Shown piece after piece: positions 50,718 through 63,230 of a stretch of 64,000 bases of DNA. How positions within the stretch are numbered: position 1 is the stretch's first letter; every line of letters starts with the position of its first letter. The position numbers and the translations under genes are program-made. This DNA comes from Octopus vulgaris (lineage: Eukaryota): contig OX597824.1 of NCBI GenBank assembly GCA_951406725.2, positions 73,966,001 to 74,030,000 on the forward strand, given 5' to 3'. The notes beneath the pieces are model-generated. The model saw only the letters and a list, made by a program, of their open reading frames with translations. It was not told the DNA's origin and searched no databases.

Positions 50718-51211
50718 TGTTCAATGATATCATGTACCAGTCAAGTGCTGGGATCGATGTAAACGATTAGCCTTTTCCCACGAAAATTGCTGGCCACTTG
50801 TCCAAATTAGAAACTATTATATAACGAGTTAGGGCGTCGGAGAAATTGCCTTGTGCTATTTAGTTGTGCTACTTTTATGTTCTGAGTTCAAATCCCACCG
50901 ATGTCGTCTTTACTTTACATTCTTTCTAGGTCGATGAAATGAAGTGGCAGCCAAGTACAGGATCCTCCCGCAAATTTCAAGAAACTTCATGGAAATAGGA
51001 CTGGTATAGCCATAAGAGTTACCAAAGGTTTATCACTATAATCCAATGATGTACAGATGTCTCTTCATGGCGACCTTATTTGTCATTTCATTTACTGAAA
51101 GTTCTATGGCAACAGAAGAGTGGGCGACATGTGTAGATCTAACCGGCTGTAACAATTACTGCTCTATTCTTTAGAGTGTGCTTCTTTTTTGATATATGTT
51201 CTATTGATTAT

Positions 51212-51296
<85 letters not shown>

Positions 51297-51474
51297 CACG
51301 CATACACATAAAGTACATACTCAGAAAACATCACATCACTCACACAATATATATATATATATAAAGTTAATCCAAACAAGAAAACACAAAAAAAAAACAC
51401 AAAAAACACAGCAACGCGAGGACGTGGAACAAATAAAGTATTATTGGACGCTCAGGAAGAAGGGAAGAAGGAGG

Positions 51475-51509
51475 GTTTAACGTTTCGAGCGGAGCTCTTC
51501 GTCGGAAAC
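51475..51509 (-). ncRNA. 35-nt minimal hammerhead-like motif (U4C variant) in a (TA)n-flanked insert (~51365-51560)
   Basis: GTTT-CCGACGA-A-GAGC-tcc-GCTC-GAAA-CG-TT-AAAC: stems I and II fully paired, palindromic ACGT stem III. Confidence 0.6.
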
Positions 51510-51759
51510 AAAGGAGAAGGAAAGATCCCGAGAAGGGAAGACAGAGGAAAAAAATTTGTATATACATGCACACGCATGGATATACATATATATATCTATA
51601 TACAAGAACACATACAAACAGTCCCGCACGCACACACACACACACACAAACACATATCGAACGATTAGGAAGCTCACTATTCAATCACTTGTTATTTGAA
51701 TAAAAGTCCTATTCTCGAAAAGGTTATTCAAACTAGTGTGTGTGTGTGCGTGTGTGTTG

Positions 51760-52235
51760 GGTTGTGTTAGATCGCTCTTGAGCGTTACTGGGAACTTGTA
51801 ACTCAGGACATCCTGTTGCGTGGTGGGGTCGTCGGTGATTAAATCGACAACACCCTGCAATATGTAAAACACGACTCGTCAAAGAGCAGACGAACTCAGG
51901 AGGGACAACCTCCATCCAATTAAAGCTACGAAGAATGAGGAACCCTGAGCTGTTGTCACGGCATCCTTCTGAGACATGGGCATTTTGCTGTAAAACTTGC
52001 GGTTTCATGCGATCACTAGTTATCTCGCTTCGGCTGGTCACTAAATTCTAATCACGGAGATTCAGAGAGTGGTACTCCTGTTGTACAAGCGTTTATCATT
52101 ATAATCCAATGATGTACAGATGTGTCTTCCTGGTGACCTTCTTTGTCGCTCCATTTACTGAAAGTCCTATAACGATCGAAGAGTGGGCGACATGTGTGGA
52201 TTTAACCGGCTGGAGGTGCGCAGTTAGGGAAATCT
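51760..52235 (-). repeat. Family X old repeat (contiguous copy); partial third copy at 51029-51150
   Basis: 51930-52235 is homologous to 2045-2170 plus 3373-3545; the left limit is approximate. Confidence 0.65.
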
Positions 52236-52899
52236 GTAACAGGACTGAATTGTAATCTGTGTTTATGTGTGCTTGTGTCATCCCCTAGTGGGAAATTATT
52301 ATAAGAAAGATAGACTATCTCCCTTATGTCTATCTCAGATAGTCATTTCTTCTTAATATTTAGTGGAATTCTAACTTTGAAATTGAAATTACGGAATTAT
52401 AAGGAAAGAGATACATATGGAATTCACATATCTGTTTATTTTGTTTGCTTATTACGAAGTTCATAACTTTTCTAGTCAGTGGTAATCATGTATAGCACGA
52501 TTTCATTCTTGTTAGAAATTGTCAGCATGATATAATCTTGGATCCGGCACGAAATGGCAAACAATCGGTGCATCCAACGAAATAACTTGTATTTTGATAA
52601 ATATCTGTTGCCGCCTCATACGCCTGCTGATTTTTCTGTTCTTCCCTCTGCGAGTTCGTTAAATATAACCGACAAAACCGCCAATGAATACAGTGCCCCA
52701 ACTTGGCCGCACAGCAATAACTCGTACCCGTAACAAAAGATTTAACAGAATAGATATTTTTTCTTTTCTTATATAATACAGATAGACAGAGTGGGGATAA
52801 GTGGAACTCTTTTAATCATAGGTCTCATTTGATCATGGCTAGCCTTTTGGGTATCGACCACCGACTCAACGAAACAAAACGGACACAATATACAGAAGT

Positions 52900-53506
52900 G
52901 GTAGCGACGATTGTGATGATGGCAGTGGTGGTGGTAGAGTGTGATGGTGGCAGTTGGAAGTGGTAATGTTTGGAGGGAGGTAGTTAGTGTTGATAGTAAT
53001 TATAGTGGAAGCAGTTCGTGGTAGCGGTGATCGTGGTGGTTGTGGTGATAATGGTAGTGATCGGTGATGGTAGTGATGGTGGTGGTGGTGGTGGTGGTGA
53101 CGAATAGTGGTGATGGTGGTCGTTGTAGTTGTAGTTGCGATGATGATGGTGGTGGCGGCGATAATTGAATGTCTTTGTGTTGGACTTGTACAGGCTGCAA
53201 TAAGATATTGAACAAGCAACAACAAAACTACCACCAACAACAACAGCAAAACCACTATCACCACTACTACTAACAACAACAATAGCAAAAATCCCCACCA
53301 CCACGAACAACAACAACAAACAAAAGCAAAACAATTGCTAGAGACTGAATTTTTAATGATTTAAGCATTTTCTGAGTATGCGTTGTATGTGAATAGCATT
53401 CAGTTACTGTATGTCTAGTAGTAGTAGTAGTAGTGGTTCGTGGTGGTGGTGGCAGTAGTAGGAATGATGGTATGGCAGTAGTAGTATTAGTAATGGTGGT
53501 GGTGGC

Positions 53507-53543
<37 letters not shown>

Positions 53544-53785
53544 ATGGTGGTGGCGGCAGTAGTAGTAGTAGTAATGGTGGTGGTGGTGGTGGTGGGAGTA
53601 GTAGTAGCAGAGGTAGTAGTGGTTGTAGTTGTAGCAGTAGTAGTAGTAGTGGTGGTGGCGGCAATAATAGTGGTTGTAGTAATAGTAGTAGTAGTAAAGG
53701 TGGTGGTGGTGGTGGTGGTGGCAGCAATAATAGTGGTTGTAGTAGTAGTAGTAGTAGTATTAGTAGTAGCAGCAGCAGCTGTAGC

Positions 53786-53837
<52 letters not shown>

Positions 53838-53869
53838 ATGGTGGTGGTGGTGGTGGTAGTAGTAGTAGC

Positions 53870-53931
<62 letters not shown>

Positions 53932-54002
53932 CGGCAATAATAGTGGTTGTAGTAATAGTAGTAGTAGTAAAGGTGGTGGTGGTGGCAGCAATAATAGTGG
54001 TT

Positions 54003-54033
<31 letters not shown>

Positions 54034-54115
54034 CAGCAGCAGCTGTAGCAGTAGTAGTAGTAGTAGTAGTAGTAGTGGGTGTGGTGGTGGTGGTGGTGGT
54101 AGTAGTAGCAGCAAA
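52900..54115. repeat. GTG/GTA/CAA trinucleotide region; 53415-54115 has a higher-order ~275-bp duplication
   Basis: ggcggcaataatagtggttgtagtaatagtagtagtagtaaagg occurs at ~53657 and ~53930. Confidence 0.9.
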
Positions 54116-54619
54116 GAAGTATTCAGTGAGTGTATGTTGCGTAATGCGTTAATGCTTGTAATGTTACGTGTGTGTGTGTGAGAGAGAGTGTGTGTGCGTG
54201 CGTGTGTGAGTGTGTGTATGTGTGTCTACGCGCGCATTATTATGTGCATGTTTATACGTATGACTATGAAGACTATATTTTGAGTATATGTGTGTTTATG
54301 TCTGTGTTACGTGTGTTTGGATATATATGTGTGTGTATGTGTGTGCGCGTGCATATATCGATGTGTATATGTCAGTCTTTTTTTATTTTATTTGCGTGCA
54401 TGTGTATGTATGTATGTGTATATTGCATGTTATCGTGTGTGCGTGTGCACGTGTCTGCATATCTGTATAAAATATCTGCACATTTCTTGAAGCAACGTGA
54501 ATCAATGTTTTGAAACGTGGTAAAGTGAGAGTGAAATTGAAACCATCTGATAACAACAACAACAACAACAACAACATCCTCCACTTCCTTCATTTTCTTC
54601 TCCTCTTCCTCCTCATCAT

Positions 54620-55385
54620 CAATATTGGTTTCAAATGTTCGTACGAAGCCAGCAATTTCGGACGGTGGAGGTGTGGGGGCGGCTAAGTCGATTAAATCGA
54701 CCGCCAGTCCTTAACTGGTACTTATTTCTTTTCTACTCAAGGCACAAGGCCTGAAGTTTTTTGGGGAAGGGGGCCAGTCGATTAGATCGACGCCAGTACG
54801 CAACTGGTACTTAATTTATCGACCTCGAAAAAATGAAAGGCAAAGTCGACCTCGGCGGAATTTGAACTCAGAACGTAACGACTGACGAAATACCTATTTC
54901 TTTACTACCCACAAGGGGCTACACACAGAGGGAACAAACAAGGACAGACAAACGGATTAAGTCGATCACATCGACCCCAGTGCGTAACTGGTACTTAATT
55001 TATCAACCCGGAAAGAATGAAAGGCAAAGTCGACTTCGGCGGAATTTGAACTCAGAACGTAACGACAAACGAAATACCTATTTCTTTACTACCTTCAAGG
55101 GGCTAAACACACAGGACAATCAAGGACAGACAAATGGATAAAGTCGACCTCGACGGAATTTGAACTCAGAACGTAACAGCAGACGAAATACGGCTACGTA
55201 TTTCGCCCGGCGTGCTAACGTTTCTGCCAGCTCGCCGCCTTTCAACTGGTACTTACTTCATCGACCCCGAAAGACTGAAAAGGTCAAGTCGGCTTCAGTG
55301 GAATTTGAACTCAGGACGTAAAGACTGACGAAATGCTGCTCAGTGTTATATCCAGCGTACTAACGATTCTGCCAGTTCGCCGCCT
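54620..55385 (-). mobile_element. Older S1 SINE interrupted by an S1 trimer (~54725-55243)
   Basis: TSD aactggtactta at 54713-54724 and 55244-55255; junctions at 54894/54895 and 55078/55079. Confidence 0.85.
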
Positions 55386-55786
55386 ATTTTCGAAGCCATT
55401 AAATAAAGGGATGGGAACGTTGATGGATCGGGAGAATCATTAAAGCGTCCGACAAAATGTCTTTTGCTATTTCCTTCTGCTCTATACGTTCTGAGTTCAA
55501 ATCCCGCCAATGTCAGTTTCACTTTTCATCCTTTCAAGTTCGATAAAAATAAAATAGCAGTCTAGCACGGGGTTTGATGATATCGACAAATCCCCACTCC
55601 CCAAAATTACTGGCCTTGGTAACTAAATGAAAAACAGTCAATCAGAGCTGATGCTTGTGTGCGTGGAGAAGGAAAATAACTTGGTTCTTGTCAGTGTGAG
55701 AGCCGCAGGGCTAATACACATTGTCGATGAAAAACAGTCTTCTGCATTCAGTGAGTTTTATGGTACGTGACGATAGGAGTAGCTGT

Positions 55787-56176
55787 GGAAGCACTCCGTC
55801 GGTTACGACGACGAGGGTTCCGGTTGATCCGAATCAACGGAACAGCCTGCTCGTGAAATTAACGTGTAAGTGGCTGAGCACTCCACAGACACGTGTACCC
55901 TTAACGTAGTTCTCGGGGATTTTCAGCGTGACACAGAGAGTGACAAGGCCGGCCCTTTTGAAATACATGTACAACAGAAACAGGAAGTAAGAGTGAGAGA
56001 AAGTTGTGGTGAAAGAGTACAGCAGGGATCACCACCATCCCCTGCCGGAGCCTCGTGGAGCTTTTTTTAGGTGTTTTCGCTCAATAAACACTCACATCGC
56101 CCGGTCTGGGAATCGAAACCGCGATCCTATGACCGCGAGTCCGCTGCCTTAACCACTGGACCATTGCGCCTCCACG
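55787..56176 (-). mobile_element. Full-length S3 SINE with 11-bp TSD
   Basis: TSD ggagtagctgt at 55776-55786 and 56177-56187. Confidence 0.9.
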
Positions 56177-56212
56177 GGAGTAGCTGTAGTAGTTGAAGCA
56201 ACAATAGCAGTG

Positions 56213-56385
56213 TGGAGGCGCAATGGCCCAGTGGTTAGGGCAGCGGACTCGCGGTCGTAAGAACGCGATTTCGATCCCCCAGACCGGGCATTGTAAGTGT
56301 TTATTGAGCAAAAACACCTAAGCTCCACGAGGCTCCGCTGTACTCTTTCGCCACAACTTTCTCTCACTCTTTCTTCCTACTTCTG
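56213..56385 (+). mobile_element. 3'-truncated S3 SINE, head-to-head with the previous copy
   Basis: tggaggcgcaatggcccagtggttagggcagcggactcgcggtc. Confidence 0.9.
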
Positions 56386-56669
56386 CCACAAAGCAGAGGA
56401 ACCATGGTGTAACCCACTATGGTGTGGTAAAACTTCCAGACCCTAGTCTAGATTGCGAATCCTATGTACCCCAGGATGGTTCAGCTCTCCACCCGTTAAA
56501 AGCCACCGTTTACGGCATGAGGATAACAACGTAGCTTTCGCGCCCGTGCAACCGCCAGTCTATCGCGTGTGGTGGGTGGATCTTCAAGTTGCCACACGCG
56601 TTCTTAGTAGCTTAGAGTAGGCTCGAATTAGAGATAATTCTTTGTGGCTAATGGCGTGAGTCCTGATTG

Positions 56670-56730
56670 GAAGAAGAAGAAGAAGAAGAAGAAGAAGAAG
56701 AAGAAGAAGAAGAAGAAGAAGAAGAAGAAG
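56670..56730. repeat. (GAA)n, ~20 units
   Basis: Seen directly. Confidence 0.95.
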
Positions 56731-57017
56731 ACAGCAGTCGATCCCGGCGGCATTTGAACCCAGTATGTAAAAAACGGACTAAATGCTACAAAGCATTTTG
56801 TCCGGCATGCTAACGATTCAACCAGATCGTCGCCTTCAACTTCATGAATGTCACTAACAATAATCGGGACACTTACAACAATAGCAACAACAATAACATT
56901 AACTACAGCAATAGCACTAACAACACTCAACACTAATTACAACCACAGCAACACTAGTAACTACAACGCTATCAATAACAACAACACAAACAGGGCGACA
57001 AGATTTTTTTTTTTAAA

Positions 57018-57415
57018 GGCGGCGAGCTAGCAGAAACGTTTGCGCGCTGGGCGAAATGCGTAGCCGTATTTCGTCTGCTGCTACGTTCTGAGTTCAAATT
57101 CCGCCGAGGTCGACTTTGCCTTTCATCCTTTCGGGGTCGATTAAATAAGTACCGGTTACGCACTGGGGTTGAGGTAATCGACTTAATCCGTCTGTCTGTC
57201 CTTGTTTGTCCTCTCTGTGTTTAGCCCCTTGTGGGTAGTAAAGAAATAGGTATTTCGTCTGCCGCTACGTTCCGAGTTCAAATTCTGCCGAGATCGACTT
57301 TACCTTTCATCCTTTCGGGGTCTATAAATTAAGTACCAGTTGCGTACTGGAGTTGGTCTAATCGACTGGCCCCTCCCCCAAAATTTCGGGCCTTGTACCT
57401 AGAGTAGAAAAGAAT
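57018..57415 (+). mobile_element. Chimeric S1 dimer (tail-A unit plus tail-B unit)
   Basis: Junction at 57248/57249; the second unit ends ggcccctcccccaaaatttcgggccttgtacctagagtagaaaagaata. Confidence 0.9.
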
Positions 57416-57477
57416 AATAGCCATGACAACAACGCTAACTACAACAGCAACTCACACTAACAGTAATACTATTAACT

Positions 57478-57860
57478 GGAGGCGCAATGGCCCAGTGGTT
57501 AGGGCAGCGGACTCGCGGTCATAGGATCGCGGTTTCGATTCCCAGACCGGGCGTTGTGAGTGTTTATTGAGCGAAAACACCTAAAATCTCCACGAGGCTC
57601 CGGCAGGGGATCCCTGCTGTACTCTTTCACCACAACTTTCTCTCACTCTTACTTCTTGTTTCTGTTGTACCTGTATTTCAAGGTGCCGGCCTTGTCACTC
57701 TCTGTGTCACGCTGAATATCCCCGAGAACTACGTTAAGGGTGCACGTGTCTGTGGAGTGCTCAGCCACTTACACGTTAATTTCAGGAGCAGGCTGTTCCG
57801 TTGATTCGGATCAACCGGAACCCTCATCGTCGTAACCGACGGAGTGCTTCCATTCCATCC
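57478..57860 (+). mobile_element. Full-length S3 SINE
   Basis: Reverse-complement match to 55787-56176; TSD actattaact, with the right copy split by a Helitron. Confidence 0.9.
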
Positions 57861-57864
57861 ACTA

Positions 57865-58250
57865 TCTCTCTCTATATGAACGGCAGTTTGTCTGTCTGCG
57901 TGTCTGTGTGTCTGTTAGGTTGTATCCTCACCCTGACCACAGCTTTCAACCGATTCTGATTAAACTTGACACACACATAGCCCAATGTCATAATTCAAAA
58001 CTAACGCAGCGAAAATTTTGAAAAGTTCCCCCAGTTCTGAAAAAAATCGATAAATTCGACATGGGGTCGAGAATCAGAAACACAAACCACAGACTGTCTA
58101 GGGGACGCAACTCGACCTTTTTAACTCAAAAAAAATTTACCATCATTTCCCCCCACCCATTTTTTTTGCTATTTTTTGGCTATAACTCTCTAAAAATGCT
58201 TTATAGTTATTTCCCTTACAAACCCGAGCAACGCCGGGCGATACTGCTAG
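57865..58250 (+). mobile_element. Non-autonomous Helitron, type C
   Basis: A|TC...hairpin-CTAG|T; nearly identical to 60550-60934. Confidence 0.9.
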
Positions 58251-58365
58251 TTAACTATAACACTAACGACATCAACACTAACAGCAATAATAGCTGCACC
58301 AGGATTAATAACAACACTAACAACAACAACACTGATAACAACAGCGGTAATAACATTAACAATAT

Positions 58366-58770
58366 TACTCTTTTACTTGTTTCAGTCATTTGACTGCGGC
58401 CATGCTGGAGCACCGCCTTTAGTCGAGCAATTCGACCCCCAGGACTTATTCTTTGTAAGCCTAGTACTTATTCTGTCGATATCTTTTGCCGAACCGCTAA
58501 GTTACGGGGATGTAAACACACCAGCATCGGTTGTCAAACGATGTTGGGGGGGGGGGGACAAATGCAGACATACAAACATATACACACACATATACATATA
58601 AACATATATACGACGGGCTTCTTTCAGTTTCCGTCTACCAAATCCACTCACAAGGCTTTGGTCGGCCCGATGCTATAGTAGCAGACACTTGCCCAAGGTG
58701 CCACGCAGTGGGACTGAACCCGGAACGATGTGGCTGGTAAGCAAGCTACTTACCACACAGCCACTCCTAC
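58366..58770 (-). mobile_element. Full-length S2 SINE
   Basis: Minus-strand head ggagtggctgtgtggtaag, B-box ggttcagtccc, CORE-like ccttgggcaagtgtct. Confidence 0.9.
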
Positions 58771-59019
58771 GCCTAACAACAACAACAAAAGTCAGTTACA
58801 GTTTCAACAGTCCTCAAACAATATTTCAAGGTTAAATTTCGTTAAATCTCTGGAAGCAATTAGAGAGAGAGACAGAAAGAGAGAGAGGGAGAGGGAGAGA
58901 GCGAGAGAGAGAGTAAGAGCGTGCGCGCGCGCGCGAACGAGCGCGGGCGGATGTTACTGTCGCTGTGTGTGGATTTATGTATCTGTATGCTTTGTCTGAG
59001 GGTCTGTATTTGTTTGTAT

Positions 59020-59230
59020 GGGTGTACATGTGTATGTGTTGCTGTGTCGTTGTATGAGTGCACGTCTTTGCCTATGTATGTGTATGTATGTTTGTGTGTT
59101 TGTGTGTGTACATGTATATGTGTTGCTGTGTCGTAAATATGAGTGTATCTGCCTAAGTGTGTGTGTGTGTGTAGGGTGTACACGTGTATGTGTTGCTGTG
59201 TCGTGAATATGAGTGTCCCTGCCTACGTGT
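59020..59230. repeat. Three-copy ~70-85-bp minisatellite in a GT-rich tract
   Basis: gtaca(t/c)gt(g/a)tatgtgttgctgtgtcgt..atgagtg..tgccta repeated. Confidence 0.8.
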
Positions 59231-59231
59231 T

Positions 59232-59270
<39 letters not shown>

Positions 59271-59271
59271 A

Positions 59272-59660
59272 TGGGAAGCACTCCGTCGGTTACGACGATG
59301 AGGGTTCCGGTTGATCCGAATCAACGGAACAGCCTGCTCGTGAAATTAACGTGTAAGTGGCTGAGCACTCCACAGACACATGTACCCTTAACGTAGTTCT
59401 CGGGGATTTTCAGCGTGACACAGAGAGTGACAAGGCCGGCCCCTTGAAATACAGGTACAACAGAAACAGGAAGTAAGAGTGAGAGAAAGTTGTGGTGAAA
59501 GAGTACAGCAGGGATCATCACCATCCCCCGCCGGAGCCTCGTGGAGCTTATTTAGGTGTTTTCGCTCAATAAACACTCACAACGCCCGGTCTGGAAATCG
59601 AAACCGCGATCCTATGACCGCGAGTCCGCTGCCTTAACCACTGGGCCATTGCGCCTCCAC
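59272..59660 (-). mobile_element. Full-length S3 SINE
   Basis: Nearly identical to 55787-56176. Confidence 0.9.
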
Positions 59661-59754
59661 GTGTGTGTGGATACAGCATTGGTGAATGATTAAGAAGTTC
59701 GTTTCGCAGTCACGCGATTCTAAGTTCGATTTCACTACACGGCGTGCTAAAGTT

Positions 59755-60172
59755 TCTTATTTCTTTACTGCTCACAAGAGGATACACGCAGAGGGGACAA
59801 ACAAGGGCAGACAAACGAATTAAGTCGATTATATCGACCCAAGTGCGTAACTGGTATATATTTAATCGACCCCCAAAAAATGAAAGGTAAAGTCGACCTC
59901 GGTGGAATTTGAACTCAGAACATAAAGACAGACGAAATACCTATTTCTTTACTACCCACAAGGGGCTAAACATAGAAGGGACAAACAAGGACAGACATAG
60001 GTATTAAGTCGATTACATCGACCCCAGTGCGTAACTGGTACTTAATTTATCGACCCCGAAAGGATGAAAGGTAAAGTCGACCTCGGCGGAATTTGAACTC
60101 ACAACGTTGCGACAGACGAAATGCCGCTAAGCATTTCGCCTGGCGCGCTAACGTTTCTGCCAGCTCGCCGCC
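59755..60172 (-). mobile_element. S1 SINE dimer
   Basis: Junction at 59941/59942. Confidence 0.9.
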
Positions 60173-60549
60173 TTTTATTAAGTATTCTTCGTCTCTAAAG
60201 ATGTAGTTGTCTTGAGCAAGTTTCTATTACCATAGACTCTGACCGATCCATAGCTTTAATTCAAAGGTCCAGACTTGTCACACCCTATTCATTCTACCAG
60301 CGAATTACGTTAAGATTACTCATGTCTGTGGAATACTGAGATAGCCACTTACACGCTAATTCAGTGAGCATGTAATTCCATGAACCGAAATACTAAATAC
60401 TCATCGACGAAACTGACGGAGATCCGTTGGCTTTATAATTTGAAAATGCATGTGAGCGTCCGTCCGTTCATTTCAGAATCACATCCAACAGCAGAAGTCA
60501 CAATTCATTTTAGTGTGGTTGTTGGGGCTGTGATGTAGTTAATGAATAA

Positions 60550-60934
60550 TCTCTCTATATATAAACGGCAGTTTGTCTGTCTGCGTGTCTGTGTGTCTGT
60601 TAGGTTGTACCCTCACCCTGACCACGGCTTTCAACCGATTCTGATGAAACTTGACACACACATAGCCCAATGTCATAATTCAAAACTAACGCAGCGAAAA
60701 TTTTGAAAAGTTCTCCCAGTTCTGAAAAAAAATCGATAAATTCGACATGGGGTCGAGAATCAGAAACACAAACCACAGACTGTCTAGGGGACGCAACTCG
60801 ACCTTTTTAACTCTCAAAAAAAATTTACCATAATTTTTTTTTCCATTTTTTGCTATTTTTTGGCTATAACTCTCTAAAAATGCTTTATAGTTATTTCCCT
60901 TACAAACCCGAGCAACGCCGGGCGATACTGCTAG
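60550..60934 (+). mobile_element. Non-autonomous Helitron, type C
   Basis: A|TC...cccgagcaacgccgggcgatactgCTAG|T. Confidence 0.9.
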
Positions 60935-61816
60935 TCAATGATAAGCAAACATTGGTGGGTTGCGTGTTCAATTCTAAAAATCACACTAAACAATGTTTTC
61001 ATTCTGTTTATTTAACAGGTATAGCATTGGATTCGTTCCCCCGTTTTGTCACATACGAATCTCAAGCCACGGTTTAGCCATAGTTTGATCATGTACGCAA
61101 TCGAGATTTTCAATGAACGGCCGTTGTTCACGTGATAGTTCGGTGGTCCGACGTGAACACAGCCTCTAAATTACAATCAAATTAGCCGCCAATTTCGCAG
61201 TGTCCAATTCGCAAAGACGTTCGACACTTTCGCCAATTCAGAGTTTGGGTCGAGTTGTGTCATTCTCTCTTAATAGCTGTTCTCACAGCTGCATATTCAA
61301 TCGAGGATAATCGAAGAAGACACGTCACCGCACATTGATATTTATTTGGTAAATTGAAAAAAAGGAAAAAAAAACCTAGCTCACCCCACCTCGTTGAATT
61401 CCTAACAGAGACTTGCCTTACGTGTCATGTTATGCTCTTTCGTTTAATTGTTTCCATCAATTGTATTACATGAACACTTTTCCTATTGTAACAAATAAAT
61501 TATATTCCAACACATAATTAAAAACTTCATGTTACACAGGGAACATATATATATATAATACAAAATGGGACAAGAACGCAAAATATCCGGACAGGTGATA
61601 CAAAAATGGGACAGCAAAACATCCAGATAGACAATACAAAGAAAACAAGGACGGGTCATTCGAAGTTTTCTTTCCTCGGTCGAGTGCCAGATTATCTTCG
61701 CAATTTCGTCTGATTATACTCGAGATTGCTCCAATCTGGCCAGCCCCCCCCCATATATATATATATATATACATACACACATACACACATATATATACAT
61801 ACATACACACACATAC

Positions 61817-61886
<70 letters not shown>

Positions 61887-61996
61887 ATACATACATTTTT
61901 ACAACAGTTGAGTAAAAAACATATTTGAGAATTAACGAATAAAACATTTGGTCACTGCATCAAGCTGATATACATATACATTATTACAACTATTCA

Positions 61997-62190
61997 GGCG
62001 GCGAGCTAGCAGAAACGTTAGCATGCTTAGTGGTATTTTACGTTCTGAGTTCAAATTCCACCGAGGTCGACTTTGCCTTTCATCCTTTCGAGGTCGATAA
62101 ATTAAATACCAGTTGCGTACTGGAGTCGATCTTATCGACTGCCCCCTCCCCCAAAATTTCGGGCCTTGTGCCTAGGGTAGAAAAAAAATA
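61997..62190 (+). mobile_element. S1 SINE (tail B), internally deleted
   Basis: Match to the consensus. Confidence 0.85.
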
Positions 62191-62479
62191 TTACAACCAT
62201 TCATAATTAGCGAGGGCAGATTAAGTTAAGGAAATATAAATGACTTTACGTGACATTTACCAACATTGATATTTGAAGACAGAATAATTGAGAAACCATC
62301 ACATAGAGGAAAATGGCATAACCAACAGCAGAATCTGACAGCTTTCTTTTTTAGCTAGATTTGCCCTTCTTTTTATATACTGTTAGTAAAAAATGTTCCA
62401 GAACATTCTATAAGCCATTAGGCGGGAAGGTTTCAGCTCACCAATCGATCTCGTTGGCTGAGCCTCAATCGCGGGAGGT

Positions 62480-63230
62480 TAATCCTTTTTATGGTAGACG
62501 TGCTTCGAAGCTGGGAAATATGAATGTGATATTTCAACACACGCTGCCATCTTGCTACTTCATCACCAATGCAAGTCCATTATTTATATCCATACTTCCA
62601 AACCAGTTCTGAGATTCTTCAGCTCTCAGTTTCTTCTTGTGAACTGACAAGAGTTGATACAGAGTTGGCAAAGGCGACGAGCTGGCAGAATCGTTAGCAC
62701 GCCGGGTGAAATGCTTAGCGGTTTTTCGTCTGCCGCTACGTTCTGAGTTCAAATTCCGCCGAGGTCGACTTTGCCTTTCATCCTTTCGGGGTCGATAAAT
62801 TAAGTACCAGTTACGCACTGGGGTCGATGTAATCGACTTAATCCCTTTGTCTGTCCTTGTTTGTCCCCTCTATGGGCAATAAAGAATAAGAGTTGATACA
62901 GATGCACTAATCGAATTCATAAAGCGACTGTATGGGAAAAGCAAACTAAGTGACATTGTATGTTCTGCGAAACTATGCGGTACCTTAATAGCACGCTTAC
63001 CTAGATGCCTATACAGCAAAACCGACACTATCTTCTCAATGTTCGTCGTAAACCCTTCTTCTGTAAAAGAGGATATAACTCGAAGCTGGTTCTTCTATCT
63101 GGCCTTGTTTCAGATAAAACAATCTAGGTTGTAGCGCGCTAATTCTTTGCCAAAAAGAACAGTTCGCTATTCTACTCCATCTGAGTTACGCGAATTCAAC
63201 CAAATTTGTTCATTCCAGCATTATCAAAAC
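62480..63230 (-). pseudogene. Decayed RTE LINE AP-endonuclease domain, interrupted by an S1 SINE (62664-62887, +)
   Basis: WN..LNSRNSDGVE*RTVLFGKELARYNLD..LSETR..VGFAV..ISASVSTL..NNGL; SINE TSD aagagttgatacaga at 62649-62663 and 62888-62902. Confidence 0.8.

Noticed and set aside
53404-54152. Longest ORFs in the track (236 and 239 aa; poly-L/P and poly-V)
   Set aside because: Stop-free frames of a GTA/GTG trinucleotide microsatellite, with no domain or splice context.
57478-57555. tRNA-Arg-like sequence with A and B boxes
   Set aside because: It is the head of the multicopy S3 SINE, followed by SINE body and flanked by a TSD; no clean acceptor stem.
61050-61330. Possible Tc1-like transposase remnant on the minus strand
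   Set aside because: Only faint similarity, with no catalytic motif or TIR found.
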